A DNA stretch of 64,000 bases from an uncultured Verrucomicrobiae bacterium. Its GTDB lineage: Bacteria > Verrucomicrobiota > Verrucomicrobiia > Chthoniobacterales > UBA10450. Below are positions 53,401 through 64,000 of the stretch, piece by piece. Every line of letters starts with the position of its first letter. Within the stretch, counting starts at the first letter, position 1. The stretch covers positions 736,001 through 800,000 of the forward strand of contig CAVYXA010000003.1 of NCBI GenBank assembly GCA_963772365.1, written 5' to 3'. A program made the position numbers and the translations under genes. The notes beneath the pieces are model-generated. The model was not told where the DNA came from. It searched no databases and saw only the letters and a program-made list of their open reading frames with translations.

Positions 53401-56252
53401 CAGCGGTACACCGTCGTGGAAATGGGGCGGCCCTTTTCGTCGGTGGCGGCAAAGCCCAGGATGTAGCTCCCGCCTGACGGAGGCGTGAACCTGCACTCGG
53501 CGCCGTTCCGGTCGGAGGTCGTCGACACCTTGCAGGTACCGACGGTGTCGGAGACCCACTCCCCGTAGACCTCGCTGTACCCACCACGGGTGCGGTGCAC
53601 CCGGTGCCACTCCCGGCGCACGATGGTCCCCGTGACCTTGACGCCGGCCACCCGCTCGCCGGTTGGCTTCACCGCGATCAGGGCGACCGACTGCGGCTTG
53701 CCGGCGGTCCAGAAGTAGTTCTGACCCAGCGGGCGGGCGCCTATATAGAAGGAAGAGGGATGGACCAGGAAGGAGGTGGAGGCCCCCACTGCCTGCCGGT
53801 TCACATCGGTCACCGACGCCTCGATCGTGGCCCGGGCCGGCCGGCCCTTCGGCGGCATGACCAGACCGACCCGGATGCTGCTCCTTCCCTGGGCGTCGAG
53901 GGTATCGATCCCCTGGCCGATCACCTGGGTCTCGGACCGGTTCTCTTCTTCCCACCAGTAGCCGTTCTCTCCGAACCAGAAGCCGTCCGTGTTGGGGATA
54001 TCGAGACCCCAGAAGTCGATCGAGGTCTGGCGGGCTACCCAGGTCACGGCCGAACGGGCCATTGGGGCCCCGAAGAGGTAGCGCGCCTCGATCTGGGCGG
54101 TCGCGCTGTCACCGGGGAACCGGGGGGCGCTGTCGCTGCTGGCAGTGACCAGGAACTCGGGTGGGCGGTACTCGGCAACCCGGTACCAGGTGCTGGCCAG
54201 CGTCACCCACTTGCCGCCCCGCCGCTGCTCCACCGAAATGCTGTAGGTGCCGAGCGGTACGTCGCCCGGGAGGTCCAGCTTCTGGTCGGTTGTCCCGAAC
54301 GCGGAGGGCGCCTGAACGACCTCCTTGAGGATCCCGCCATCCCTGTTGTTGAAGACCCAGTGCACACTGTCGGTGCGGGCCGGGAGCGTGAGCGTCCCGA
54401 GAGCGCCGACTCGGAAGATCGCCTTGGCATAGACCGGCTCTCCGGGACGGTAGATCCCCCGCTCGGTGAAGACTCCGGCCGCCACCGGCTGCCGCTCGTT
54501 CCCGTAGCCGGAGCGCACGTTGAACCGCCATGGGCTCAGGTCGGGGTCGTAGCTGCTGATGCTGGTCAGCGCCCGGTCGTTCCCCAGCCGGACCATCACG
54601 TAGCCCTCGAGTCCCCAGTCCTGCGCCGCGCTGTCCGGCTTGAAGCCGGTCAGTCGGGCGACGCCGTCGGGCCCGGTACGGGCGGTCGAGCGGATCTTCC
54701 CCTTGTTGTCATACAGCGAGACCTGGGCGCCCGCCTTCGGCTTTCCGTCATTGACGCCGGTCACCCAGACCACGCCCTCGGCCAGACCGATCTTGGCGTG
54801 AACCGCGAGGTCGGTCACCTGCACCAGGGCGTACGGTTGATTGTCCTGCCACGACTGCGAGAGCTCCGGGCTGGTGACCTTGACGATCTGGAGCACCGGA
54901 GAGCCCGGACGCTGGGCGTTGTAGACCGGCAGCTTTGCCCCATAGATCTGAACCCGGTCCCGGGGCCCGGTCACCACCACCTTCCGGGTGACGGCTCCCT
55001 TGAGTACCCGCGCCAGCACACTGTCGTCCCGTTCCCAGCGGCTGTACTGCAGCATTCCCGGAATCAGGGCGTCGGGCACCGGGGCGGTCGTGATCGTCAG
55101 GGTGTCGACGTTCACGTGCTTGACCGCCAGGGTTCCGAATCCGTTGCGCTCGACCGTCATCCGGCCGTACTCGTGGTCTACCAGCGGGGCATAGCCGGTA
55201 GTTCGGAAGCCGGAAGCAGGGTTACCGATGAGCTTCTGTCCGAACACGTCCCGTATCGCCGTATCGACGATCGCCGCATAGGCCGTGTGCGGTTGCAGGG
55301 TGGTCTCGATGTACCAGTTGGCCAGCTCGGCCCCGGTGTCGGAGATGGTGTATTCGACTCTGGGAAGGACCGTCAGGTGAGCCTCGAGCTCCGAGCCCTT
55401 CACCGGGTTGGTGAAGAAGAGCCGGATCCCACCGGTGGGGCAGTTGTTGGAGTCGCCGGCGCAGTCGGCTCGGACCAGCTCGAACTTGCCGTAAGTGGCG
55501 AAGCTCCAGCGGGCAAATGGCTTGGTTCCCTCCGGATCGATCACGGTGGGTACGACCAGCTCGCCGGAACAGCCGAGTGGAAGCGGCCTTTCGGGAGTGA
55601 GGGTAATCACCCGCCGATAGGAATCGGCCGAGCGATCCCGTTCCCACCCGCCGGCCTCCCGGTACTGCCAGGAGTCTTTCTCATTGATTGCGCGCTGGCC
55701 GGTCGCGTTCAGCTTGATGACCCCGGGATTCGAACAGTTCTGGTTGAAATCCAGGTACGCCAGGCCACGGAGCGTATTGCGGTCCACTTCGGCACTGAAC
55801 ACCAGCTCGAAGGTCGCCTTGGGCGTGAGCCAGCTCGAATGGGCGCTCTCGGAAACCGGGAGGCCGGTCAGCAGCTTGGGGCCGGTAACGGCGAAGGAGT
55901 AGCTGTAGGGCTGTTCCAGCCGGCTGCCGTCCATCGCCTCGAAGTTGTTGGCGACGGTGACGGTGTAGCTCTGGCCGGGCTTGAGCGGGCCGACGGGGAG
56001 GAATCGCAGGGTGACCGGGTCCCGCCACTCGGCCTTGCCCGTGACCTTCGGCTCGATCGACAGGATCGACGCCGCATCGACCGTCCGGTCCAGCGACCCG
56101 GCCACCGGCCGGTCGAAGACGATCTGGATACTGGAGGTGAGCGAGGCCTCGCCGGATGGGGAAGGCGAAGTCGAGAGAACCTGCAGTGCGGTGGGCGGCT
56201 CGGCGGCAACCACGGCGACGGCGATCGCGGCCAGAACCCGGGCGGACAGCAT
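50455..56252 (-). CDS. Bacterial alpha-2-macroglobulin (frameshift near 51,940)
   Basis: VQVTDL, FTERGIYRPGE, EYRPPEF, AVDEGVL.L, LPDNLTTFRVMA, thioester YPYYCSEQ, D.LPAGLE, PAHAEEMY.P. Confidence 0.94.
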
Positions 56253-56354
56253 GAAAACACAGCTCCGAAGGGAGAGTCATCAGAAGATGATCATTCCCGT
56301 CGGTGCGTCAATGAAGGAGCAAGTACTCAAATGATTCTGATATCGGGTCGTAAT

Positions 56355-56445
56355 GGTCGAGGGTCAAAGGTCGGGGTGGAGGTCGAGGGTCGAGGGTCGA
56401 GGCATAGACCTCCTCGACCCTCGACCTCAACCCTTGACCCTCACC
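56355..56445. repeat. Inverted heptamer arrays (GGGTCGA/TCGACCC)
   Basis: GGTCGAG units followed by CTCGACC units upstream of the A2M gene. Confidence 0.8.
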
Positions 56446-56636
56446 CGCCGCTTCGAAGGCTCTGGCCACCAGATGCGGGGCGACCGCGGCAGGCGAGCGC
56501 CAGCACGCCGGTGCCGGAGCTCATCCTTGCGCGCGGTGGGACCCTGCAGCCGGGCCCAGAGGCCAACTCGAGACATGGTTACCTCGACTCTCAGTCAAAG
56601 TGGTTCCGGCACCGGCAGGGAGCCGACTCCGGCCCC

Positions 56637-56735
56637 ATGACCCTCGACCCTCGACCCTCGACCGATGACCCTCGACCCTCGACCCATGACCCTCGACCCT
56701 CGACCCTCGACCCTCGACCGATGACCCTCGACCCC
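56637..56735. repeat. Heptamer tandem array (CCCTCGA)n
   Basis: About 14 degenerate GACCCTC/GACCCAT units. Confidence 0.88.
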
Positions 56736-56745
56736 TGACTCCTGA

Positions 56746-57357
56746 CTACCTCACATCCACGATCCACCCATAGTCATCCAGCCGCATGGTGCGGGGTCCC
56801 TCGCCCGCCGCCGGAAGGGCGAACTCGACGGAATGGGAAGCACCGAGGTACAGCCGCCGTACTGATTCATTGAACTGGGGGGAGCAATCCCCTTCGACCA
56901 GGGCCTCGGCGGCGCCAGTCGGCGCGAACCAGCGCAGCTCCACCCGGGCCTTGTCAGCCCCGTCGGTCAGCACGCCGGCCCGGGCGGACACCGTCCCCTC
57001 GCTGGTGAGGGTCAGGGTGCAGACTGAGGCGGCGCTGCCATGCACCCCGCAGAACCGGATACTCGCCTTCCGGGTCAGCTGTCCGCTGTAGGCCCCTTCC
57101 GGACTCTGGATCAGCCGGCCTTCCAGGACTTCCTGCCCCCCATTCACGCAGCCCAACCCACCGTCGGAGAGCTGGGGCCAGTCGCTGACCAGGCGCACCT
57201 GATAGGCCGCCTTCAGTAAGGCAGTGCGCGGAGCGACTCGGGCGACCGTCATCCGGGTCCCGGCCAGAGGAGGAGCCGCAAGAGCGAGGGACTCCTGAGC
57301 TGAGAGTGGTCGAGTGGCGGCCAGAGCAATCACTCCAGCAATCAGGGTACGTCGCAT
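56746..57357 (-). CDS. Secreted Cys-containing hypothetical protein
   Basis: GGAG RBS; MRRTLIAGVIALAA signal; four Cys. Confidence 0.65.
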   Translation of the reverse strand: MRRTLIAGVIALAATRPLSAQESLALAAPPLAGTRMTVARVAPRTALLKAAYQVRLVSDWPQLSDGGLGCVNGGQEVLEGRLIQSPEGAYSGQLTRKASIRFCGVHGSAASVCTLTLTSEGTVSARAGVLTDGADKARVELRWFAPTGAAEALVEGDCSPQFNESVRRLYLGASHSVEFALPAAGEGPRTMRLDDYGWIVDVR

Positions 57358-57390
57358 CGAAGGCTCCATCACGGGTTCGCCCTCTACTAT

Positions 57391-57407
57391 GACAAGACTC
57401 GTGCCGG
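57391..57407 (-). promoter_or_regulatory. Candidate sigma54 (-24/-12) promoter
   Basis: CCGGCACGAGTCTTGTC vs consensus YTGGCACG-N4-TTGC; the -12 dinucleotide is GT rather than GC. Confidence 0.45.
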
Positions 57408-57559
57408 GCACCGGCGGGCGCTGTCGTCGGCCAGACAACAAGGCGGAACCGCATACTGGCATTGCGGTTCCGCCTTTCGATCGGATCGTCCGTTCGAACG
57501 ATTCGTGACCGGGCTCCCATACACCTTTGTGGGTGTCGAGGCCGGGCGCTACAGAATTG

Positions 57560-59122
57560 TCAGGTGAAGCGGCCCGGCTGAATCTGATAGCGCTTGAGCT
57601 TGTAGCGCAGGATCCTCTCGGTGGTCGCCAGCAGCCGCGCCGCCTCGGTTACCGAGCCGCGGGTGGTCTTGAGCGCATCCTGAAGCAGGTCGCGCTCCAA
57701 TTGACCCACCGCAGCCTTGAGCGAACCGGGAGCCTCGTCGGTCCCCTCGGCGGTCTGCAGCGTCGGCGGGAGGTGACGGCCATGAATGGCCGTACCGTCG
57801 CAGACCACGACCGCCCGTTCGATAACATTCTCCAGCTCCCGAACATTTCCCGGCCAGTGATAGCGGATCAGCATGTCGATCGCCGGCGTAGTGATCCGCT
57901 GGACCAATCGGTCATGGGCCCGGGCGTACTTCTCCACGAAGTGATCGGCCAGGAGCAGGATATCGGGCTTTCGCTCCCTGAGTGGCGGGAGGAAAAGGGG
58001 GAAGACGTTGAGCCGGTAATAGAGGTCGTCCCGAAACCGGCGTTCGGCGATGGCCTGCTCCAGGTCCCGGTTGGTCGCGGCGATCAGCCGGACATCCACC
58101 CGGAGCACCTCAGTCCCGCCGACCCGCTCGAACTCCCGTTCCTGCAGGACCCGGAGAAGCTTGGCCTGAGTCGACAGGCTGAGCTCGCCGATCTCGTCCA
58201 GGAAGAGGGTGCCGCCGTGGGCCAGTTCGAAGCGGCCCTTCTTCCGGGCCTGGGCCCCGGTGAAGGCCCCCCTTTCGTGGCCGAACAGCTCCGATTCGAT
58301 CAGGGTCTCGGGCAACGCGGCACAGTTCACCCGGATGAACGGGCCGGCAGCGCGGGCGCTGTTGTAGTGGATCGCGTGGGCGACCAGCTCCTTGCCGGTT
58401 CCCGATTCGCCCCGGAGCAGCACCGAGGTATTGGTGACACTCACCTGGGCGACCTGCCCCAGGAGGTCTTTCATGGGTCCGCTGGTTCCGACCAGGTGGT
58501 CGAAGTCATACCGCTCCCGCAACTCCCGCTTCAGTGTCTGGTTCTCCTGCTCCAGCGATCGTCGCGCCGCCTCGACCGGTCGCTGGGTCCGGAGCGCCAG
58601 GGCTACCAGCGAGCTGACCACATTGAGGAAGCGGAGCAGGTGAGCCGGCTCCCGGACCAGCCGCCCGGGCAGGTCCACCGAAATCGCCCCCACCGGCCGG
58701 TGGTCCAGCAGGATCGGCACACAGACGAAGCTCAGGGCGTCCCCGCTGGGGATGCGGCGAACGGTCCGGTGAAGAAAGCGCGGTTCCCGTTCCACATCCG
58801 GAACCACGATCGACCGGCCGGTGGCAACCACTTCGCCGGTAATACCCTCGCCCAGCCGATAGCGGGCCAGCCGCGCGTTGTCCGGCAGGTTGAGCGAGGC
58901 CTCGATGTAGAGCTCCCCGGTTTCCTCGTCGATCAGCGTGAGAGCTCCCCGCAGCGCACCAGGGTAGCGATTGAGCCGCAGCATCGTCTGGCCCAGGCCC
59001 TCATGGAGCGAGGGCGCCGAGGCGAGCAGCTCGCTGAGGTCGTACAGGGTGGTCAGTTCGACCAGTTGATCCGGTTCCGTCTCCGCCACCGGGGCGTGAG
59101 ACAACATCGGTTGGGCAGTCAC
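57560..59122 (-). CDS. GAF-AAA+-HTH sigma54 activator (NifA-like)
   Basis: GEGITG.V (GAF), [37 protein letters not shown], Fis-type HTH. Confidence 0.93.
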   Translation of the reverse strand: MTAQPMLSHAPVAETEPDQLVELTTLYDLSELLASAPSLHEGLGQTMLRLNRYPGALRGALTLIDEETGELYIEASLNLPDNARLARYRLGEGITGEVVATGRSIVVPDVEREPRFLHRTVRRIPSGDALSFVCVPILLDHRPVGAISVDLPGRLVREPAHLLRFLNVVSSLVALALRTQRPVEAARRSLEQENQTLKRELRERYDFDHLVGTSGPMKDLLGQVAQVSVTNTSVLLRGESGTGKELVAHAIHYNSARAAGPFIRVNCAALPETLIESELFGHERGAFTGAQARKKGRFELAHGGTLFLDEIGELSLSTQAKLLRVLQEREFERVGGTEVLRVDVRLIAATNRDLEQAIAERRFRDDLYYRLNVFPLFLPPLRERKPDILLLADHFVEKYARAHDRLVQRITTPAIDMLIRYHWPGNVRELENVIERAVVVCDGTAIHGRHLPPTLQTAEGTDEAPGSLKAAVGQLERDLLQDALKTTRGSVTEAARLLATTERILRYKLKRYQIQPGRFT

Positions 59123-59337
59123 GGCAGGCTCCAGTCCTTCGGAAAATTGTCCTGGTCAAAACGAGTGCGGCCCGCTGGTGAGAAGCGGGCCGCATCACGA
59201 TAACTGAACCGACGGCGCCCCTTCTCGCTAAATGCAGTTCCAATTCCCCCGGCAATTGAGCCAGGAGGCATTGAACGTGTGGGCGTTGTCGGCGATGAGA
59301 ATCATGGATAGAGGATAGGGACGATCACTCCCGATGG

Positions 59338-60306
59338 TCAAGTCACAAGATTGTCCCGATCGCCGGCGGATTGTGGAGAATTCACCACCGGCGGCCGCAC
59401 CGCGATCTCCCGACCTGTGATGATGAGCACAACCGCGGCGACGATGACCAGCGATGCGATGAATGAGCCGGTCGAGAGGGTCTCGCCGCCGAAGGACCAG
59501 CCCAGGAAGACCGCCACCATCGGATTCACGTATCCTGCGGTGGCCACTTTGTTTGGCGAGGTCACCTTGAGCAACCAGGCGAAGCAGGTGAACGCGACCA
59601 GCGATCCGAAGACCACCAGGTACGCGAATGACAGCAATGACTTGAGAGTCACCATCGATGGGACGAAATGTCCGGCATCGCCAGTCGCCAGGCTCAAGGC
59701 CAGCAGCAGTACCCCGCCGCAAAGCATTTCCATTCCCGAGGCCAGCGACAGGGTGTCGGGGAGATCGGCGGTCCGACTCAGCACCGAGGCGAGGGCCCAG
59801 GCGAAGGTGCTGCACATGAGGAGAAGGACCCCGATCGGATCGGCGCTGCCTTCACCCGACCCACCGGGCATCACCAGCAGGGCGACACCGAGAAAGCCCA
59901 GGACGATGCCGGCCAGGACCATCCCGGTCGGGCGGGCTCCCCCGGGCCGAAACCATTCGAGCAATGCGGTCCAGACCGAGACCATGGCCACGATCAGCGC
60001 GGTCAGGCCGGAAGGGAGACGCTGCTCGACCCATACCACCGCCCCATTGCCGACCAGGAAGAACAGGGCCCCCAGCAGCAGCGCCCACATCCACTGCGAG
60101 CGACTCGGCCTGGGGGCTCCGCGGAAGCGGGCCCAGAGAAAGAGCGCTCCGCCGGCCAACAGGAACCGTCCGGCCGCCATCAGGAACGGCGGCAGCGAAT
60201 GGATCGCAAACGCGATGGCGAGGTAGGTCGAACCCCAGATGATGTAGATAGCGAGAAATGCGGTGACCAGCCGGGTTCTCGCCTGCCGGATGGCCTCAGG
60301 TGTCAC
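59338..60306 (-). CDS. EamA/DMT transporter (YedA-like)
   Basis: IYIIWGSTYLAI, PPFL.AA.RF, YL.VFGS..AF, YVNP.VAVFLG. Confidence 0.92.
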   Translation of the reverse strand: MTPEAIRQARTRLVTAFLAIYIIWGSTYLAIAFAIHSLPPFLMAAGRFLLAGGALFLWARFRGAPRPSRSQWMWALLLGALFFLVGNGAVVWVEQRLPSGLTALIVAMVSVWTALLEWFRPGGARPTGMVLAGIVLGFLGVALLVMPGGSGEGSADPIGVLLLMCSTFAWALASVLSRTADLPDTLSLASGMEMLCGGVLLLALSLATGDAGHFVPSMVTLKSLLSFAYLVVFGSLVAFTCFAWLLKVTSPNKVATAGYVNPMVAVFLGWSFGGETLSTGSFIASLVIVAAVVLIITGREIAVRPPVVNSPQSAGDRDNLVT

Positions 60307-60776
60307 GAGCAGCTCCTTCGGGTTCCGGGAGCGCCAAAGCCGCCGTCTCCTTTACGGTGCTGAGCACGATGGTACTCCGGGTATTCCTCACCCCCTTGAG
60401 CCGGCCAAACCGCTCGCGGAGGAGCCGGCTGCAGGCCCTCGGTGTCGGCCACCCGCACCTTGGCCAGATAGCAGTCCTCCCCCGCGACGTGGTGAAGCTC
60501 CTGCACCTCGGGGATGCGGGCGAGGGCCTGACCGATGGCGCCGGAGCCCACCCGTTCCTCGGTCCGGACCAGGATGAAGGCCGTCAGTCCGAGGCCAACG
60601 GCTCCCGCGTCAATCGAGGCGGTATACCCCTGGACGACGCCACGCTGTTCCAGCTTGCGAATACGGTCGAGAATGGCCGAGGGCGCCATGCCCAGCTTGC
60701 GGGCGATATCGGCGTTGCTGATGCGGGCATTGGCCTGGAGCAGGTCGAGGATGGCGAGATCGGTGGCGTCGAGCAT
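60303..60776 (-). CDS. Lrp/AsnC-family regulator (frameshifted 3' part)
   Basis: LD.TD.AIL.LLQ.NAR.S.ADIARKLG.....R..KLE..GV..GY; V.ELHHVAGED.YL.KV. Confidence 0.92.
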   Translation of the reverse strand: MLDATDLAILDLLQANARISNADIARKLGMAPSAILDRIRKLEQRGVVQGYTASIDAGAVGLGLTAFILVRTEERVGSGAIGQALARIPEVQELHHVAGEDCYLAKVRVADTEGLQPAPPRAVWPAQGGEEYPEYHRAQHRKGDGGFGAPGTRRSCS

Positions 60777-60789
60777 GCGAAGCACCTGG

Positions 60790-60886
60790 CGGACAGACGG
60801 AGCAGACGGACAGACGGACAGACGGACAGACGGACAGACGGACAGACGGACAGACGGACAGACGGACAGACGGACAGATGGACAGA
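60790..60886. repeat. Octamer tandem array (CGGACAGA) x ~12
   Basis: Directly visible, upstream of the Lrp start. Confidence 0.92.
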
Positions 60887-61017
60887 GTGATCAAGCACGA
60901 AGCGGCAATCGTTCGGTACAAGGTCTAATTTACCGAATAATCGTCGGCAATCAACCACAGATACCGCCGATCCGACACGCCCTCCAGTTCGCCCTCCCCC
61001 GGGCCGATAGTCAGAGC

Positions 61018-62604
61018 ATGTCGAATCCCGAGCCGACCCCCCGGGACACAGCGCGGGGTGCCGTCCGTCCACCCGTGCGGTCCCTGCTCGCCACCTTGCG
61101 CTCCACCGTGGCCGGGCTCAGGCATGCGCGTCATGACGGGGATGAGTCCTCGGGGTCGATCCATCGCCTGGTTCTGGCCCTGCTCGACGCCGGGATCGCT
61201 GACGGGCGGCCGGACATACTGCGCGCGGCGGAACAGATTCTCTCCTCGACGCTCTCCGAACTCCCGGCCTCGGCCGAGGGGTTCGTCGCCCTGCTGCCCG
61301 CCGAATCCGGACCCCCAGGCGAGCAGGTGGTTCTGCTGGTCGAGGACGATCCCCTCTTTGCCGCCACGGTCGAGGCCGCTCTCCGTTGCCCGGGGCGTCG
61401 CATCGAGATCGTCGGCAACGGGGCCGAGGCACGCGCCAGGCTGGCCCGCGAGCCAGTGGCGCTGGTGATCCTCGACCTGATCCTCCCCGACGGTGACGGC
61501 CGTAACCTCCTGCTGGAGATCCGCTCCGATCCGGGCACGGCGGGGCTCGCCCTGTTCGTCGTCTCGGCCAGGCTCGGTACCCAGACCAAGGGCGAGTGCT
61601 TCGCCCTCGGAGCCGACGCCTACTTCGAGAAGCCACTCGACCTCGCCGCCTTCTCGGTGGCGGTCGGCGCCCGACTCGAGCGGAGTGCCGATCGAGGCCA
61701 GATCTCGCGCCGGGACCTCGTCACCGGGCTGGCCAACCGGGCGGCGTTTCTGGAAAGCGCCGGACACCTGCGGAAGAAGAGCCCACCAGGGACCGCCTTC
61801 GCGCTCGCCATCCTCGACCTGGACCACTTCCGCTGGGTGGAGGAAACCTGGGGGCGGCAGTTCGCCGATTCGGTCCTCCGGCGGGCCGGGATCCGGCTGG
61901 CCATGTCGCTCCAGCAGGCGGCCTGTTTCGCCCGCTGGGATGGGGCCGAATTCATCGCCCTGTTCGCGGGTCGAGGAGCCGAGGAAGCCGGTGCGGCGGT
62001 GGCGGACGCGCTGGAGTCGCTGCGGCAGGTGGACTTCCGCCAGGGGCAGGACCAGCTTCTCACGCTGACCTTCTCGGCGGGAGTCGTGGATGCCCCGGCC
62101 GATCAATCCATCGAGGATGTCCTGGCCGCCGCCGACCGCCTCTGTTACCTGGCCAAGACCGGTGGAAGGAACCGGGTCGTGTCGGGCGAGCCGGGCGGTT
62201 CCGCACCGCAGCTGCGGATCCTGGTCGCGGAGGACGATCCCGATATCACCCGGATTCTCAGCCGCCAGCTCCGCCGGGAGGGGTTCGACCCGGTGGTCTT
62301 CAGCAATGGCGCGGATGCGCTCGCGGCCTTTCCGGCCAGCGGGGCCGCCATGGTGATCACCGACATCGAGATGCCTACGATCGACGGGCTGAGTCTCCTC
62401 GCCGCGCTCCGCGCCCACCCGACCGGACGGCATCTGCCCATCATGATGCTGACCGCGATGGGCGACGAGAGCTTCATCGTACGGGCCTTCGAGCTCGGCG
62501 CCGACGACTATCTCACCAAACCCTTCTCCGCCCGGGAGCTCACCGCCCGCATCCGGCGTCTGCTCCGGCGGCCGTCGGTAACGGGGATTCCGGCGACAGC
62601 GTAG
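61018..62604 (+). CDS. REC-GGDEF-REC regulator with degenerate GGDEF
   Basis: LVEDD..DLILPD.DG..KP; D.VTGL.NR, DLDHF, RWDGAEF, TFSAGV, AD...Y.AK..GRN; AEDD..DIEMP..KPF. Confidence 0.88.
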   Translation: MSNPEPTPRDTARGAVRPPVRSLLATLRSTVAGLRHARHDGDESSGSIHRLVLALLDAGIADGRPDILRAAEQILSSTLSELPASAEGFVALLPAESGPPGEQVVLLVEDDPLFAATVEAALRCPGRRIEIVGNGAEARARLAREPVALVILDLILPDGDGRNLLLEIRSDPGTAGLALFVVSARLGTQTKGECFALGADAYFEKPLDLAAFSVAVGARLERSADRGQISRRDLVTGLANRAAFLESAGHLRKKSPPGTAFALAILDLDHFRWVEETWGRQFADSVLRRAGIRLAMSLQQAACFARWDGAEFIALFAGRGAEEAGAAVADALESLRQVDFRQGQDQLLTLTFSAGVVDAPADQSIEDVLAAADRLCYLAKTGGRNRVVSGEPGGSAPQLRILVAEDDPDITRILSRQLRREGFDPVVFSNGADALAAFPASGAAMVITDIEMPTIDGLSLLAALRAHPTGRHLPIMMLTAMGDESFIVRAFELGADDYLTKPFSARELTARIRRLLRRPSVTGIPATA

Positions 62605-62689
62605 TTGCCGGTGGCGCCGCAGTTGTGCGTCGCCAGGGGAACCAGATCCGACCTTACCGAGACTCCCGGCGCGCACTAGAATAGCCGGC

Positions 62690-64000
62690 GTGCAAACCCA
62701 ACCCGCAGTCACATATCGCAGAACGCTCGGCCTCTTTTCCGGCACGATGGCAGTGGTGGGTGGCGTCATCGGCTCCGGCATCTTCATCAACCCTGCGATC
62801 GTCGCCCAGCGAGTCGGTACCGCCAACGGCACCCTCGGAGTCTGGGTCCTCGGCGGCATGGTCGCCCTGATCGGGGCCTTCTGCTTCGGCGAGCTGGGGC
62901 AGCGACGCCCCCAGGCGGGCGGGAGTTACATCTACATTCGCGAAGCCCTCGGGCCGCTACCGGCCTTTCTGTATGCCTGGGGGCTGCTGCTGGTCATCGC
63001 GACCGGGGCGATAGCAGCGGTGGCCGTGACCTTCGCCAACTATGCGTTGCCGTTGGTGGGAATCGATCAGCGCTATGGGACCGCCGTGGCCGGTGGCGCC
63101 ATCGCCCTGTTCACCGTGATCAACTACCTCGGGATCAAGCCGGGGGCGATCACCACCAACATCTTCACCCTGCTCAAGCTGGGGGCGCTGGCGTTCCTCA
63201 TCATCGTCGGTCTGGTGATGGGAGGAGCAGGCAATCCGGCGGCGGCAGACCCGGCTCCTGCCGCTGACCCCGCCGCGTCGGCCGTCTTCCTCGCCATTGG
63301 GGCCGCGCTGGTCCCGGTACTTTTCGCCTACGGCGGCTGGCAGCAGACCAATTTCATCGCGGAAGAGATCATCGAGCCGAGGAAGAACCTGCCACGGGCG
63401 CTGCTCCTCGGCACCGCCATTGTCGTCCTGGTGTACCTGCTGGCCAACCTGACCTATCTCCGCGCTCTTGGCACCGAGGGCCTGGCAGCCAGCAGCGCTC
63501 CAGCCGCCGACGTACTGCGTCTCCGACTAGGCCATGCGGGCGCCACGATTATCGCGGCCGGGATCGCCGCATCGACGTTCGGATTCCTCAACCTGGTCAT
63601 CATGGTTTCGCCCCGGGTCTACCAGACCATGGCGGCGGATGGCCTGTTCATTCCGGCCTTCGCCCGGCTGCATCCACGCTTCCGCACGCCGGGAACCGCC
63701 CTCATCGTGCAGGGCGTCTGGGCAGTGGTGCTGTTGTTCACGGGGAAATACGGGCAGCTGCTCGACTACGTGGTCTTCTGTGACTGGATCTTCTTCGGGC
63801 TCGCGGTCTACTCCCTGTTCATCATCCGCAGGCGGGATGGGGAAGCTGGAGTGGTCGATCCCCCCGATGCGTTCCGGGTGCCGGGCTGGCCGGTCACTCC
63901 GCTCCTCTTCCTGGCAGCGGCGGTATATGTGGTGGTGGGTTCGATCAGTTCCAATCCGAAGAACGCGGCCCTGGGGACCGCGATCCTCGCAGTCGGGGTG
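62690..64000 (+). CDS. APC-family amino acid permease (runs off the window end)
   Basis: GTG 7 nt after TAGAAT; YRRTLGLFSG..GGVIGSGIF.NP, GGSYIY, FAYGGWQ..AEEI..P.KNLP. Not in the ORF track (no stop in the window). Confidence 0.9.
   Translation, partial: MQTQPAVTYRRTLGLFSGTMAVVGGVIGSGIFINPAIVAQRVGTANGTLGVWVLGGMVALIGAFCFGELGQRRPQAGGSYIYIREALGPLPAFLYAWGLLLVIATGAIAAVAVTFANYALPLVGIDQRYGTAVAGGAIALFTVINYLGIKPGAITTNIFTLLKLGALAFLIIVGLVMGGAGNPAAADPAPAADPAASAVFLAIGAALVPVLFAYGGWQQTNFIAEEIIEPRKNLPRALLLGTAIVVLVYLLANLTYLRALGTEGLAASSAPAADVLRLRLGHAGATIIAAGIAASTFGFLNLVIMVSPRVYQTMAADGLFIPAFARLHPRFRTPGTALIVQGVWAVVLLFTGKYGQLLDYVVFCDWIFFGLAVYSLFIIRRRDGEAGVVDPPDAFRVPGWPVTPLLFLAAAVYVVVGSISSNPKNAALGTAILAVGV

Noticed and set aside
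56445..56636. ncRNA or small ORF between two heptamer arrays
   Set aside because: A GAGG-N5-ATG start and an inverted GCCGGTGCCGG pair exist, but I recognise no RNA family or convincing peptide.
53595..56738. 1047-aa plus-strand ORF and other long antisense ORFs (42731-44296, 57527-59203, 60925-62859)
   Set aside because: Shadow ORFs opposite well-supported genes in high-GC DNA; no motifs.
57560..59122. Nitrogen-fixation locus
   Set aside because: Only a NifA-like domain architecture; no nif structural genes in the window.
38456..64000. Large horizontally acquired genomic island
   Set aside because: The content is core metabolism and envelope genes, there are no mobility genes at the boundary, and an operon is cut mid-gene; an artefactual join is more parsimonious.

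Overview
The window joins two unrelated segments at about 38.46 kb. Segment 1 (1 to ~38,456; GC by eye in the mid-50s%; inferred Verrucomicrobiota/Chthoniobacterales-like) holds smc, an M20 peptidase, NlpC/P60, a small defence-like islet (hicBA, HEPN-like ORF, MTase-Mrr fusion), queC/queF, carA, an Lhr helicase, iaaA and two mlaEFD-type operons. The second mla operon is split by a ~7 kb accessory island. The island carries an integrase-less integron cassette array (3 complete attC sites and 1 IS110-interrupted site), two copies of a ~60 bp attI-like site, a duplicated 3' end of mlaF bounding a 2.4 kb module, a pair of paralogous orphan genes and a PEP-CTERM gene. Segment 2 (~38,460-64,000; GC by eye in the high-60s%; inferred Gemmatimonadota-like) holds an arginine operon, argG-X-argC-argD-argF'. 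Here X, a DUF1611/DgcN-like P-loop protein, sits where argA/argB would be expected. Segment 2 also has an active plus dead M42 peptidase pair, alpha-2-macroglobulin with pbpC, a NifA-like sigma54 activator, EamA/Lrp, a degenerate GGDEF regulator and an APC permease. Many genes carry single-base frameshifts typical of long-read errors. REP-like palindromes and 7/8-mer tandem repeats are abundant, and several are translated inside genes. All family calls come from motif recognition; no database search was run.
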